A stretch of DNA of 64,000 nucleotides from an uncultured beta proteobacterium (GTDB taxonomy: Bacteria > Pseudomonadota > Gammaproteobacteria > Burkholderiales > Burkholderiaceae_B): positions 2,612 to 66,611 of the forward strand of contig CAIJKV010000189.1 in assembly GCA_903821335.1 (NCBI GenBank), given 5' to 3'. A program made the translations under genes and the position numbers. Positions 37,951 through 47,743 of the stretch are shown piece by piece. The notes under the pieces are model-generated. The model was not told where the DNA came from and ran no database searches. It saw only the letters and a list, made by a program, of their open reading frames with translations. Each line of letters begins with the position of its first letter. The first letter of the stretch is position 1.

Positions 37951-39021
37951 GTGGCTCCCGTAATTCGCATTGCTGTCGATTGCATGGGTGGTGACGCGGG
38001 TATATCCGTCACCGTCCCGGCTGCTTTCGACTTCGCTCAGCGATTTCCAGACACACACATGCTCCTTGTCGGTCTTCCCGACGAGGTGAATCAGGCTGTC
38101 GTTTCAGCCAGTGGTTCATTTCCTGGTGTCTCGCCCGACCGCTACACGATCGTGGCGGCGACCGAGTTCGTCACCATGGAGGACCCGGTTGAAGTCGCCT
38201 TGCGTCGCAAGAAAGACTCTTCCATGCGGCGCGCCGCGCAGTCGGTCAAGGACGGTCGCGCCGATGCGTGCGTGTCGGCTGGCAACACCGGTGCCTGGAT
38301 GGCTATTTCACGCTACGTGCTTAAAACGCTCGACGGTATTGATCGCCCGGCGATTGCCACGGCGCTTCCCAACCAGAAGGGTGGCACCACCACCGTGCTT
38401 GACCTTGGCGCCAACGTTGACTGCACGGCTGAACATCTGCTGCAGTTTGCCATCATGGGGACTGCACTGGCGCAGGTCGGTAACATGGACAAGAACCCCT
38501 CGGTTGGCCTGCTTAATATCGGTGAGGAAGTCATCAAGGGCAGCGAGATCGTCAAGCAGGCCGCTGAATTGTTACGCAATAGCTCGCTGAATTTCTATGG
38601 CAATGTCGAAGGTGATGACATTTTCAAAGGAACGGTTGACGTGGTCGTCTGTGACGGCTTTGTTGGCAATGTCGTGCTCAAGTCGGTCGAAGGCCTGGCC
38701 CGCATGATGGCGAGCATGGTTCGTGAAGAATTCAAGCGCAACGTCTTTACGATGATACTGGGCGTGATCGCGATGCCCGTGCTGAATCGTTTCCGTCGTC
38801 GCGTGGATAACCGTCAATACAATGGCGCGGCTTTGCTTGGCCTGCGTGGTGTCGTCATCAAGAGCCATGGCTCTGCCGACATCCTTGCGTTTGGCTATGC
38901 GTTGCAGCGTGCCCGTGATGCCGTGGTGAGTGGCCTGCTTGAACGCACGACCATGGCGATCGCCCAGTTGACCCAGTCGCATGACCTGACTGTGCCAGCG
39001 CGTTCCGGAGACCCCGAATGA
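37951..39021 (+). CDS. plsX: Phosphate acyltransferase
   Basis: [36 protein letters not shown]. Confidence 0.97.
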   Translation: MAPVIRIAVDCMGGDAGISVTVPAAFDFAQRFPDTHMLLVGLPDEVNQAVVSASGSFPGVSPDRYTIVAATEFVTMEDPVEVALRRKKDSSMRRAAQSVKDGRADACVSAGNTGAWMAISRYVLKTLDGIDRPAIATALPNQKGGTTTVLDLGANVDCTAEHLLQFAIMGTALAQVGNMDKNPSVGLLNIGEEVIKGSEIVKQAAELLRNSSLNFYGNVEGDDIFKGTVDVVVCDGFVGNVVLKSVEGLARMMASMVREEFKRNVFTMILGVIAMPVLNRFRRRVDNRQYNGAALLGLRGVVIKSHGSADILAFGYALQRARDAVVSGLLERTTMAIAQLTQSHDLTVPARSGDPE

Positions 39022-40004
39022 GCAAGTCCCTGCCTTATTCACGTATCGTCGGGACAGGCAGCTTTCTGCCGCCCCGTGTTGTCACGAACGACGCGCTGGC
39101 CGCAGATATGGCCACGCGACAAATCGAAACGTCTGATCAATGGATTGCCGATCGTACCGGTATTCGACAGCGTTACCTGGCCGAGCCTGGTGTCAAGACC
39201 AGCGCGCTGGCCACTGAAGCGGCCCGCCGCGCACTGGCCGACGCGGGTGTCGATGCCTCTGAGGTCGACCTGATTATCCTGGCCACTTCAACACCCGATT
39301 TTATTTTTCCAAGCACCGCCTGCCTCGTGCAGGCGAACCTTGGCAACAAGGGTGCTGCGGCCTTTGACGTGATGGCGGTGTGCAGCGGTTTCGTCTATGC
39401 ACTCACGACGGCTGACTGCTTTATTCGTGCCGGTCGCGCGCGCTGCGCGCTCGTAATTGGCGCAGAGGTCTTTTCCAGCATTCTTGACTGGAACGACCGT
39501 GGTACCTGCGTGCTGTTCGGCGACGGCGCGGGCGCCGTTGTTTTGCGCGCAAGCGATACGCCCGGCATTCTGGCCGCGCAGTTGCAGGCCGATGGCAGCC
39601 TGGCAGGCATTCTTTCCACCGCCGGCACCGTTGCGTATGGGCAAGTCACTGGCGACCCCTTCCTGCGCATGGATGGCCAGGCGGTGTTCAAGCAGGCGGT
39701 AACGGTGCTTGATCGTTCGGCGCGCGGTGTAGTGGCCGAGGCCGGCGTCAGTCTTGCTGACGTCGACTGGTTGATTCCGCATCAGGCCAATTTGCGCATT
39801 CTGACATTTCTGGCCCGCAAGCTTGGCGTACCGCTTGAAAAAGTCGTGATCACCGTGGATATTCACGCCAACACGTCTGCAGCGAGTGTGCCGCTGGCCC
39901 TTGACCTTGCACGTCGCGACGGTCGCGTCAAATCGGGTCAGCTGGTGTTGTTGCAGGGCGTGGGTGGTGGCTTTACCTGGGGCTCTGTCCTGGTAAAGAT
40001 GTAG
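39018..40004 (+). CDS. fabH: Beta-ketoacyl-ACP synthase III
   Basis: [33 protein letters not shown]. Confidence 0.97.
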   Translation: MSKSLPYSRIVGTGSFLPPRVVTNDALAADMATRQIETSDQWIADRTGIRQRYLAEPGVKTSALATEAARRALADAGVDASEVDLIILATSTPDFIFPSTACLVQANLGNKGAAAFDVMAVCSGFVYALTTADCFIRAGRARCALVIGAEVFSSILDWNDRGTCVLFGDGAGAVVLRASDTPGILAAQLQADGSLAGILSTAGTVAYGQVTGDPFLRMDGQAVFKQAVTVLDRSARGVVAEAGVSLADVDWLIPHQANLRILTFLARKLGVPLEKVVITVDIHANTSAASVPLALDLARRDGRVKSGQLVLLQGVGGGFTWGSVLVKM

Positions 40005-40045
40005 GATTAACAAAAACATATTTTTCCAGGCGATTGGGACACATC

Positions 40046-40984
40046 ATGAAATTCGCATTCGTATTTCCAGGCCAGGGTTCCCAATCCGTTGGCATGCTGG
40101 ATTCGTGGGCTGGCAACCCGGCAGCGATGGCGGTGCTCGAAGAGGCATCTCAAGCGCTTGGTATGGATCTTGCTGCGGTCATCGCGCAGGGGCCTGCCGA
40201 ACAACTGAACCTCACGACCAATACGCAGCCCGCGATGCTGGTTTGCGCCGTGGCAGTATTTCAGGCTTGGCGTGCCGCCGGTGGCGCGATGCCAGCCATG
40301 ATGGCCGGTCACAGCCTGGGTGAATACTCCGCACTGACTGCGGCAGGGGCGATGTCGCTTGCGGATGCGGTGCGCACCGTGCGCATCCGTGCCGATGCCA
40401 TGCAGGCTGCCGTGCCGGTTGGCACCGGGGCGATGGCTGCTGTGCTGGGCCTTGAGGACGACGCGGTGCGTGCCGCTTGCGCCGAAGCCGCCCAAGGCCA
40501 GGTTGTCGAGGCTGTGAATTTCAATGCGCCTTCACAGGTCGTGATTGCCGGCGATGCCCAGGCCGTGCAGCGCGCCATCGTGACTGCCAAGGCTGCTGGC
40601 GCCAAGCGCGCCATGTTGCTGCCCGTCTCGGCACCCTTTCATTCCAGCTTGCTCAAGCCTGCTGCGCTTGTACTCCAGGATGCGCTGTCGCGCGTCACGG
40701 TCATCGCACCTGTCGTCCCGGTCATCAATAACGTTGATGTCGCCAGCAACCAAGATCCCGTCGCGATCAAGGATGCGCTTGTGCGCCAGGCCTGGCATGC
40801 GGTACGCTGGGTCGAGATCATCCAGGCGATGAAAGCGCAGGGCGTGACGCACATCGTTGAATGTGGTCCGGGCAAAGTGCTGACGGGTCTTGTCAAACGG
40901 ATTGATCCCGATCTGATCGCGCTTTCGGTCACGGACCCTGAATCTTTGCAGGCAGCGCTCGACGCACTGGCCTCGACTTCATAA
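40046..40984 (+). CDS. fabD: Malonyl-CoA:ACP transacylase
   Basis: FPGQGSQ, GHSLGEY, SAPFHS, ECGPG. Confidence 0.97.
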   Translation: MKFAFVFPGQGSQSVGMLDSWAGNPAAMAVLEEASQALGMDLAAVIAQGPAEQLNLTTNTQPAMLVCAVAVFQAWRAAGGAMPAMMAGHSLGEYSALTAAGAMSLADAVRTVRIRADAMQAAVPVGTGAMAAVLGLEDDAVRAACAEAAQGQVVEAVNFNAPSQVVIAGDAQAVQRAIVTAKAAGAKRAMLLPVSAPFHSSLLKPAALVLQDALSRVTVIAPVVPVINNVDVASNQDPVAIKDALVRQAWHAVRWVEIIQAMKAQGVTHIVECGPGKVLTGLVKRIDPDLIALSVTDPESLQAALDALASTS

Positions 40985-40995
40985 GGAATCCCATC

Positions 40996-41730
40996 ATGGA
41001 TTTGAAGGATAAGACTGCCCTGGTGACCGGCGCCTCACGTGGCATCGGACGCGCGATAGCAAAGGAGCTTGCACTGCGTGGAGCCACAGTCATTGGTACG
41101 TCCACCACCGAAGGCGGGGCCGCCGGGGTGACTGAAATGCTCGCGGCATATGGTGGCCGTGGCGTGGTGCTGGACGTGACCGATGCGCCCGCCTGCGACG
41201 CGTTGATTGACGTCTTGAGCAAGGAATCCGGGGGCCTTCACATTCTGGTGAACAACGCCGGCATTACGCGCGACGCTCTCGCCTTGCGCCTGAAGGACGG
41301 CGACTGGGATGCCGTGTTGCAAACGAATCTCAGTTCCGTGTTTCGTCTGTCGCGTGCCGTGATGCGTGGCATGATGAAGGCTCGCTGGGGACGAATCATT
41401 AACATTACTTCGGTTGTCGGGTTCAGTGGCAACCCTGGGCAGGCCAACTATGCCGCTGCCAAGGCTGGCGTGGCCGGCATGACACGCTCATTGGCACACG
41501 AGCTTGGCAGTCGTGGCATTACCGTGAACTGCGTGGCACCCGGCTTCATTGAAACCGATCTGACGCGGTCACTTGACGAAAATCAGAAGGCAGCACTCCT
41601 GGTCCGGATTCCCCTGGGCAAGCTGGGTTCTGCTGACGATATTGCCCACGCGGTGGCCTTCCTGGCATCGCCTAACGCAAGCTACATTACGGGTACGACG
41701 CTGCATGTAAATGGCGGCATGTATATGTAA
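40996..41730 (+). CDS. fabG: 3-oxoacyl-ACP reductase
   Basis: [36 protein letters not shown]. Confidence 0.97.
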   Translation: MDLKDKTALVTGASRGIGRAIAKELALRGATVIGTSTTEGGAAGVTEMLAAYGGRGVVLDVTDAPACDALIDVLSKESGGLHILVNNAGITRDALALRLKDGDWDAVLQTNLSSVFRLSRAVMRGMMKARWGRIINITSVVGFSGNPGQANYAAAKAGVAGMTRSLAHELGSRGITVNCVAPGFIETDLTRSLDENQKAALLVRIPLGKLGSADDIAHAVAFLASPNASYITGTTLHVNGGMYM

Positions 41731-41789
41731 TAGGTTTTTTTTTGCCGGTTAGCTATAATTCGCCGGACTTTTCCCCTTTGGAGATCTGC

Positions 41790-42026
41790 ATGGAAAGCAT
41801 CGAACAGCGTGTCAAGAAGATAGTCGCTGAACAACTTGGCGTAAACGAAGCCGAGATCAAGAACGCATCTTCCTTTCTTGACGACCTCGGTGCCGATTCG
41901 CTCGACATGGTCGAGCTGGTTATGGCCCTCGAGGACGAGTTCGAAACGGAAATCCCTGACGAAGAAGCTGAAAAAATTACAACAGTTCAGCAAGCCATGG
42001 ATTACATTTCTTCGCGTTCCAAGTAA
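41790..42026 (+). CDS. acpP: Acyl carrier protein
   Basis: [11 protein letters not shown]...[14 protein letters not shown]; GGAG SD; TATAAT at 41754. Confidence 0.98.
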   Translation: MESIEQRVKKIVAEQLGVNEAEIKNASSFLDDLGADSLDMVELVMALEDEFETEIPDEEAEKITTVQQAMDYISSRSK

Positions 42027-42173
42027 TAACAAATTCGCGGCATCAGGCAGACTTGTTCTGCCAGGCTGGCGGGCGGTTAAGGTGAGCGACAGGTTGCGCT
42101 TGGGGTAGTTATGCCCCTTGTTGGCAACAGGTCTCCCGCCTTGGCCGCCTTTATCACATATAAGGAGTGATCC

Positions 42174-43403
42174 GTGAAACGACGCGTCGTCATTACAGGT
42201 CTTGGCATTGTGAGCCCCGTGGGCAACGATCTTGCGACGGCCTGGGACAATATCGTTAGCGGTCGGTCCGGTATCGGACGGATTACACGCTTTGACCCCA
42301 GCGCATTCAACGCGCATATCGCTGGCGAGGTCAAGAATTTCGAAGTGACCGATTACGTTTCAACGAAAGAAGCCCGTACGATGGACACGTTCATCCACTA
42401 CGGCATCGCTGCTGGCGTTCAGGCCTGGAAAGACTCGGGCCTTGAGGTCACAGAGGCCAACGCTGAACGCATGGGAATTATTGTCGGCTCCGGCATCGGT
42501 GGCCTGCAACGCATTGAGGAAACGCAGACTGAGTACCTTGAACGCGGGCCTCGCCGGATTTCACCATTTTTTGTGCCAGCTTCGCTCATCAACCTGATCT
42601 CGGGTCAGTTGACGATCATGCTTGGCCTGAAGGGCCCTTCCTACGCCGTGGTGTCCGCGTGTACGACGGGTCTGCACTCCATCGGAGACGCGGCGCGCCT
42701 GATCGAATACGGCGATGCCGACGTGATGTTGGCGGGCGGTGCCGAATCGACCGTTTCCCCCTTGGGTATTGGTGGCTTTGCCGCCATGCGCGCCTTATCG
42801 ACCCGCAACGATGACCCGACTACGGCTTCGCGCCCCTGGGATCGCGATCGGGATGGTTTCGTGCTGGGCGAGGGTGCTGGTGTACTGGTTCTCGAAGAAT
42901 ACGAACACGCTAAAAAGCGCGGCGCGCGCATTTATGCCGAGTTCGCAGGCTATGGCATGAGCTCTGATGCCCACCACATTACCGCACCTGATCGCGACGG
43001 CCCGCGCCGTGGCATCGTGAACGCCTTGCGTAATGGCGGGCTCAACGCAGACCAGATCGATTACGTGAACGCGCACGGTACCTCCACGCCTCTTGGCGAC
43101 AGAAACGAAACCGAGGCACTCAAGCTCGCGTTTGGTGACTATGCCAAAAAACTCGTGGTCAATTCGACCAAGTCCATGACCGGGCACTTGCTAGGCGCCG
43201 CCGGCGGCATCGAGGCCGTTTTCACGACGCTGGCCGTATACAACCAGATTTCCCCGCCGACCATCAACATTTTCAATCAGGATCCTGATTGCGATCTCGA
43301 TTACTGCGCCAATACCGCACGTGAAATGAAGATCGAAGTGGCACTGTCAAATTCATTTGGATTTGGTGGTACCAACGGGTCGATGGCGGTTCGTCGTATC
43401 TGA
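42174..43403 (+). CDS. fabF: Beta-ketoacyl-ACP synthase II
   Basis: RRVVITGLG, SACTTG, NAHGTST, STKSMTGHLLGA, SFGFGGTN. Confidence 0.98.
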   Translation: MKRRVVITGLGIVSPVGNDLATAWDNIVSGRSGIGRITRFDPSAFNAHIAGEVKNFEVTDYVSTKEARTMDTFIHYGIAAGVQAWKDSGLEVTEANAERMGIIVGSGIGGLQRIEETQTEYLERGPRRISPFFVPASLINLISGQLTIMLGLKGPSYAVVSACTTGLHSIGDAARLIEYGDADVMLAGGAESTVSPLGIGGFAAMRALSTRNDDPTTASRPWDRDRDGFVLGEGAGVLVLEEYEHAKKRGARIYAEFAGYGMSSDAHHITAPDRDGPRRGIVNALRNGGLNADQIDYVNAHGTSTPLGDRNETEALKLAFGDYAKKLVVNSTKSMTGHLLGAAGGIEAVFTTLAVYNQISPPTINIFNQDPDCDLDYCANTAREMKIEVALSNSFGFGGTNGSMAVRRI

Positions 43404-43404
43404 T

Positions 43405-43911
43405 TTGACGGGTTCCCGCTGCCCGATCCTGACACTCCCTCTGTCCCGTCCCCGATGGGTGTCAGGTATCGTCTGGGGCATGGTCATCTTGGCGGGTTTT
43501 GCCCTGGCATCGAGTGCGACCTGGCGTGAACTCCCAGTCGGTTGGGTGGTACTGCTGGCCGCCATGCCGAGCGTGGGATGGCTAGGGTTTTCCAGGCCGG
43601 TTGCCTGGCAAACCCTGGCCGTTCAGGTCAAGCCGGGTGAAATTTGGCACCTGACCCTCAAAAAAATCGACGCCTCCGGCATTGTGACGGCCAAATCTGA
43701 ACGCCAGGCAACGCTCGTCCAGGCCTGGCATCATTTTTTTGGGTTGACCCTTGCTTTGAATTTCAGGATTGATCCCCATAACAAGCCCGAATGTATCAAA
43801 CTGACGGTTTGGCGCTGTAACGTGTCACCAGAAACGTTTCGTCGCCTGTGTGTGCTTTCTGCATGGCAGATGGAACAGCCGGACCGGGTTTTTCTCAGGG
43901 AGTCTGTGTGA
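43405..43911 (+). CDS. YgfX/CptA-like inner-membrane protein (hypothetical)
   Basis: Two N-terminal hydrophobic segments, then a beta-rich region and C-terminal LTVW..N.S.ETFRRL.VL pattern resembling YgfX. TTG start 1 nt after the fabF stop; its stop overlaps the rpoE GTG. Confidence 0.6.
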   Translation: MTGSRCPILTLPLSRPRWVSGIVWGMVILAGFALASSATWRELPVGWVVLLAAMPSVGWLGFSRPVAWQTLAVQVKPGEIWHLTLKKIDASGIVTAKSERQATLVQAWHHFFGLTLALNFRIDPHNKPECIKLTVWRCNVSPETFRRLCVLSAWQMEQPDRVFLRESV

Positions 43912-44507
43912 CTGAACGCGATGTAGATGCTGAGCTTGTCGCCCGTGTCCAACGGGGTGACAAGCAGGCGTTTGACCTGCTGGTGATTAAATACCAGCGC
44001 AAGATCATGCGCTTGTTGTCACGCATGATTCGCGACCCATCCGAGATTGAGGACGTCGCGCAGGAAGCTTTTATCAAGGCCTATCGGGCACTGCCCCAGT
44101 TCCGGGGCGACAGCGCTTTCTATACCTGGTTGTACCGGATTGCAATCAACACCGCGCGTAACTGGCTGGCGTCCAATAAGCGTCGTCCAAGTAAGCCATC
44201 TTCATTTGAAGGCGAAGACGGTGAAACTTTTGACGAAATTGACAACCTAACAGACAACACGACCCCCGAATCCGAGCTTGCGAGTCGTCAGATTGCCGAA
44301 ACGGTCAACAAAGCGATCGAAGACTTGCCTGAGGAGTTGCGCACCGCTATTGTGCTGCGCGAGATAGAAGGGATGAGCTATGAAGACATTGCACAAAGCA
44401 TGAATTGCCCGATCGGCACTGTGCGGTCTCGAATTTTTCGGGCTCGAGAGGCCATCGCCGTGCGTTTGCGCCCAATGATGGGCAACTCTGGCGATCGCCG
44501 CTGGTAA
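43908..44507 (+). CDS. rpoE: ECF sigma factor sigma-E
   Basis: DAELVARVQRGDKQAF, DVAQEAFIKAYRAL, FYTWLYRIAINTA, GTVRSRIFRAR. GTG start after AGGGAG. Confidence 0.97.
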   Translation: MTERDVDAELVARVQRGDKQAFDLLVIKYQRKIMRLLSRMIRDPSEIEDVAQEAFIKAYRALPQFRGDSAFYTWLYRIAINTARNWLASNKRRPSKPSSFEGEDGETFDEIDNLTDNTTPESELASRQIAETVNKAIEDLPEELRTAIVLREIEGMSYEDIAQSMNCPIGTVRSRIFRAREAIAVRLRPMMGNSGDRRW

Positions 44508-44516
44508 GGAGCAGAA

Positions 44517-45050
44517 ATGATGCAACAGCCCAAACATTCTAAGATGATGCAGATGAGCGAACTGTCCCAGGCATCCGAGTCGGAAATGCTGATTTCTGCC
44601 TGGATGGACGGTGATGATGAAACATCGCTGCCGGAAGGTCTCCTGACCCCAACCGGTCACGAAACCTGGCAAATGTACCACCTGATCGGGGATGCCCTGC
44701 GAACGCCAGGGCTTGCGATTCCCGTTCACTCAGCGTTTCAGCAACGGGTCGCCAGTGCCTTGGCAGCCGAGCCCCCGATGATCGCGGCGCCGCGCCCCAA
44801 GCCTGCCGCCGTGAACAAACCTTCCCGGCGCTACGTGTGGTCGGGCCTTGCCATGGCTGCTGCCGTGGCATCCGTTGTGTGGGTGGCACGTCCCTTGTTC
44901 TTCCCTGACGCCACGGCACCCGCCGCGCAGGTCGCCATTGCGGATCCTGCCGCGATCGACGCCCCTGCAATGCGCGATTATGTGAGTGCACACCGCCAGG
45001 TCGCGGGTCCTGCCGCGGTGCGCCAGGTCTCGTTCGGTGCGGGTCGCTAA
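44517..45050 (+). CDS. rseA: Anti-sigma-E factor RseA
   Basis: ISAWMDGD, WQMYHLIGDALR, one TM helix, DYVSAHRQ. Confidence 0.9.
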   Translation: MMQQPKHSKMMQMSELSQASESEMLISAWMDGDDETSLPEGLLTPTGHETWQMYHLIGDALRTPGLAIPVHSAFQQRVASALAAEPPMIAAPRPKPAAVNKPSRRYVWSGLAMAAAVASVVWVARPLFFPDATAPAAQVAIADPAAIDAPAMRDYVSAHRQVAGPAAVRQVSFGAGR

Positions 45051-46138
45051 TGGGTGCTGTTGCCCTCCCGGTCAACCGGTCGCGCGCGCCTGTGCGGTTT
45101 GCCGCCGCGGCGCGCGTGGTGGTTGTGGTGCTGTCCACGGTGCTGTCCGTTTCACTACCCCTTGTCGCCGCTGATGCCCTGGCGCAGTCTGGTGCCAGTG
45201 CTGGGGTCAATGACCAACGGGTTGATGCACCGGCGCATGCCAGCGACGTCCTGCGCCTCATCCAGCGTGCCGCCCACAAGCTCGACTACATCGGCGTGTT
45301 TGCCTATCAGCAAGGTGAGTTGATCGAGTCTTCGCAGATTGCGCACGTATTCGATGGCAAGGACGAAAAAGAGCGGATCGAAGTGCTCGACGGCGAACCG
45401 ATTGAATATTTGCGCGCCAATGAGGACGTGCGCATTGTGGCGCCCCTACAGAAAATCGTGACCAACGAGTTGCAGCGTGGTGACCGTTTTCCGGGCTTAC
45501 TGTTATCAGACGCGAGTGCGATTGGTGCCAATTACGACGTCCGTGTCGTGCCCGAACCTTATCGTGTAGCCGGACACGTTTGCCAACTGATCCAGATTGT
45601 GCCCCATGACGCGCATCGCTATGGCTATCGCCTGTGTGCGGACTTGGCCACCCATCTTTTGCTCAAGGCGCAGACCGTGGGCGATGACGGCAGCATTGTC
45701 AACCAGGTGGCATTTACCCAAGTCAGCATAGGTGGCCCCGTGGCTGAAAACCTGCTGACTTCAATTTGGTCGACGCAAGGCTGGCCGGTCATCGAATCGA
45801 TGCAGCAGCCTGTCGACCTGAGCGGGCTTGGCTGGCGGATCGCAGCGCCGCCCGGATATATCTCTACCTTGCAGGTTTCACGCAAATTCGCGCACGACAA
45901 ACCTGTCAATCAACTGGTTTTATCAGATGGCCTGGCAACAATTTCAATTTTTATTGAACCTTATCTGAATGATCGGTCTGAATACCAACCCCTTGGCGCT
46001 GCGCGGATTGGTTCCGTCAATGTTTATGGGATCAAGGTAGCAAATTTCTGGCTGACTGTTCTGGGTGAAGTACCGGCCGGTACCCTCGAGCAATTAGCAC
46101 GATCCATTCAATTTGTTCAGCCAGCGGCTACAAAATAA
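45050..46138 (+). CDS. rseB: RseB/MucB periplasmic regulator
   Basis: LDYIGVFAYQ, LDGEP, RVAGH, YGYRL, SDGLATISIFIEP, GEVP. Confidence 0.9.
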   Translation: MGAVALPVNRSRAPVRFAAAARVVVVVLSTVLSVSLPLVAADALAQSGASAGVNDQRVDAPAHASDVLRLIQRAAHKLDYIGVFAYQQGELIESSQIAHVFDGKDEKERIEVLDGEPIEYLRANEDVRIVAPLQKIVTNELQRGDRFPGLLLSDASAIGANYDVRVVPEPYRVAGHVCQLIQIVPHDAHRYGYRLCADLATHLLLKAQTVGDDGSIVNQVAFTQVSIGGPVAENLLTSIWSTQGWPVIESMQQPVDLSGLGWRIAAPPGYISTLQVSRKFAHDKPVNQLVLSDGLATISIFIEPYLNDRSEYQPLGAARIGSVNVYGIKVANFWLTVLGEVPAGTLEQLARSIQFVQPAATK

Positions 46139-46171
46139 GCCGTAGTTGGCGAACAGTTTCATACGGAGTCC

Positions 46172-47659
46172 ATGATGCGAGATATGTATCAGTCATACCT
46201 GTATCAGCCCGCTGAGCGTGCGCGTCGCGCAATGATGGCCCTGATGCTTGGCCTGACCCTTGTAGTCGGCGGTCTGCAGGCAGCGCCAGTGCGGGCACAA
46301 GTCGTCGCGCTCCCAGACTTTACGTCGATTGTTGAAAAGGCGGAACCCGCAGTGGTCAACATCCGCACGACCGCCACGGTTCCCGACCGTGCGCGGACCG
46401 GCGGACAAGATCCCTACGAGGCGTTCCGCCATTTCTTTGGCCCCGATTTCCAGCCCCCGGGTGGCGGCAAGCCAGGACCGCGCGGCGGCAAGCGCGATGC
46501 TGATCCCGAAGAACACACGGTGCCACGCGGCGTGGGCTCGGGCTTCTTTATCTCTGATGACGGTTTTATCCTGACCAATCATCACGTTGTGTCGGATGCA
46601 ACCGAGATTTTTGTCACGACGACAGATGGCCGCGAGTTCAAAGCCAAGGTTATTGGCAGTGACGAGCGTACCGACGTTGCCCTGATCAAGGTCGAGGCCA
46701 CAGGCATGACGCCACTTCCGATCGGCAACCCCAAGTTGCTTAAAAAAGGGCAGTGGGTTCTGGCGATTGGTTCCCCTTTTGGGCTTGAGTCGACCGTGAC
46801 CTCAGGCATCGTCAGCGCGCTGGGTCGGGACACGGGTGACTATCTGCCCTTTATCCAGACCGACGTAGCCGTCAATCCAGGTAACTCGGGCGGTCCGCTG
46901 CTCAACCTGAAAGGCGAGGTCGTGGGGATCAATTCTCAGATCGTGTCGCGCAGTGGCGGCTTCATGGGCATTTCGCTGGCAATCCCCATCGACGAGGCCA
47001 TGTCAGTGGTCGAGCAGTTGCGCGCCTCCGGCAAGGTCACGCGTGGTCGTATTGGTGTCAAGATCGGTGAAGTGAGCAAAGACGTGGCGGCGGCCATTGG
47101 CTTGGCCAAGGCTGAGGGCGCCATGGTCAGCGGCGTCGAACCCGATGCGCCGGCCGACAAGGCAGGCATTCTCCCCGGCGACGTGATCCTCAAGTTCAAC
47201 GACAAGTCGATTGCCAAATGGTCCGATCTGCCCCGTATCGTCGGGCAGACCAAGCCTGGCATCAGTGTGCCAATCGAGGTATGGCGCAAGGGTAAGGCCC
47301 AGACCCTTAACATCTCGGTCGGTGAGTTAAAACCTGATGAAAAAGTCTCGGCTAAAGTCGATGCCAAGCCTGAGAAGGCCTCGGTGACCGTGCTTGGGAT
47401 GGGCATCATCCCGGTTGACGCCGAGACCCGCAAGGAACTTCGTATCAAGGGTGGGGTTCAGGTTCTGTCCGCCGAGGGCGCAGCCAGCGCCGCCGGTATT
47501 GCCGAGGGGGATGTCATCCTTGCGGTCAATGATACGGACGTCACCAGCCCCGAGCAGTTTGCCAAGGCGGTGACGGCTCTGGACAAAACCCGGCCCGTCG
47601 GTTTGATGGTGCGCCGCGGTGACCAAACCCAGTGGGTGGCCGTCAAGCCTGCCAAGTAG
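46172..47659 (+). CDS. degP: DegP/MucD HtrA serine protease with two PDZ domains
   Basis: GSGFFI, TNHHV, DVALIK, IQTDVAVNPGNSGGPL. Confidence 0.93.
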   Translation: MMRDMYQSYLYQPAERARRAMMALMLGLTLVVGGLQAAPVRAQVVALPDFTSIVEKAEPAVVNIRTTATVPDRARTGGQDPYEAFRHFFGPDFQPPGGGKPGPRGGKRDADPEEHTVPRGVGSGFFISDDGFILTNHHVVSDATEIFVTTTDGREFKAKVIGSDERTDVALIKVEATGMTPLPIGNPKLLKKGQWVLAIGSPFGLESTVTSGIVSALGRDTGDYLPFIQTDVAVNPGNSGGPLLNLKGEVVGINSQIVSRSGGFMGISLAIPIDEAMSVVEQLRASGKVTRGRIGVKIGEVSKDVAAAIGLAKAEGAMVSGVEPDAPADKAGILPGDVILKFNDKSIAKWSDLPRIVGQTKPGISVPIEVWRKGKAQTLNISVGELKPDEKVSAKVDAKPEKASVTVLGMGIIPVDAETRKELRIKGGVQVLSAEGAASAAGIAEGDVILAVNDTDVTSPEQFAKAVTALDKTRPVGLMVRRGDQTQWVAVKPAK

Positions 47660-47688
47660 TTCAAGACCGGCTAGAATAGCGGTTTGCC

Positions 47689-47719
47689 GCAGAAGGGGGC
47701 GCCATGCGCCCCCTTCTGC
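47689..47719. terminator. Perfect 14-bp hairpin between degP and lepA
   Basis: GCAGAAGGGGGCGC-CAT-GCGCCCCCTTCTGC followed by TTGTTGCTTTA. Confidence 0.6.
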
Positions 47720-47743
47720 TTGTTGCTTTATTCGTCAGGTGCC

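Noticed and set aside
43357-43404. Longer start for the YgfX-like ORF inside fabF; likewise the over-extended ORF-track starts of phnC, phnJ, phnI, rsxB, rne, amiD, maf, rpoE, lepA and recO
   Set aside because: Downstream starts with SD sequences or stop/start coupling match the family N-termini better.
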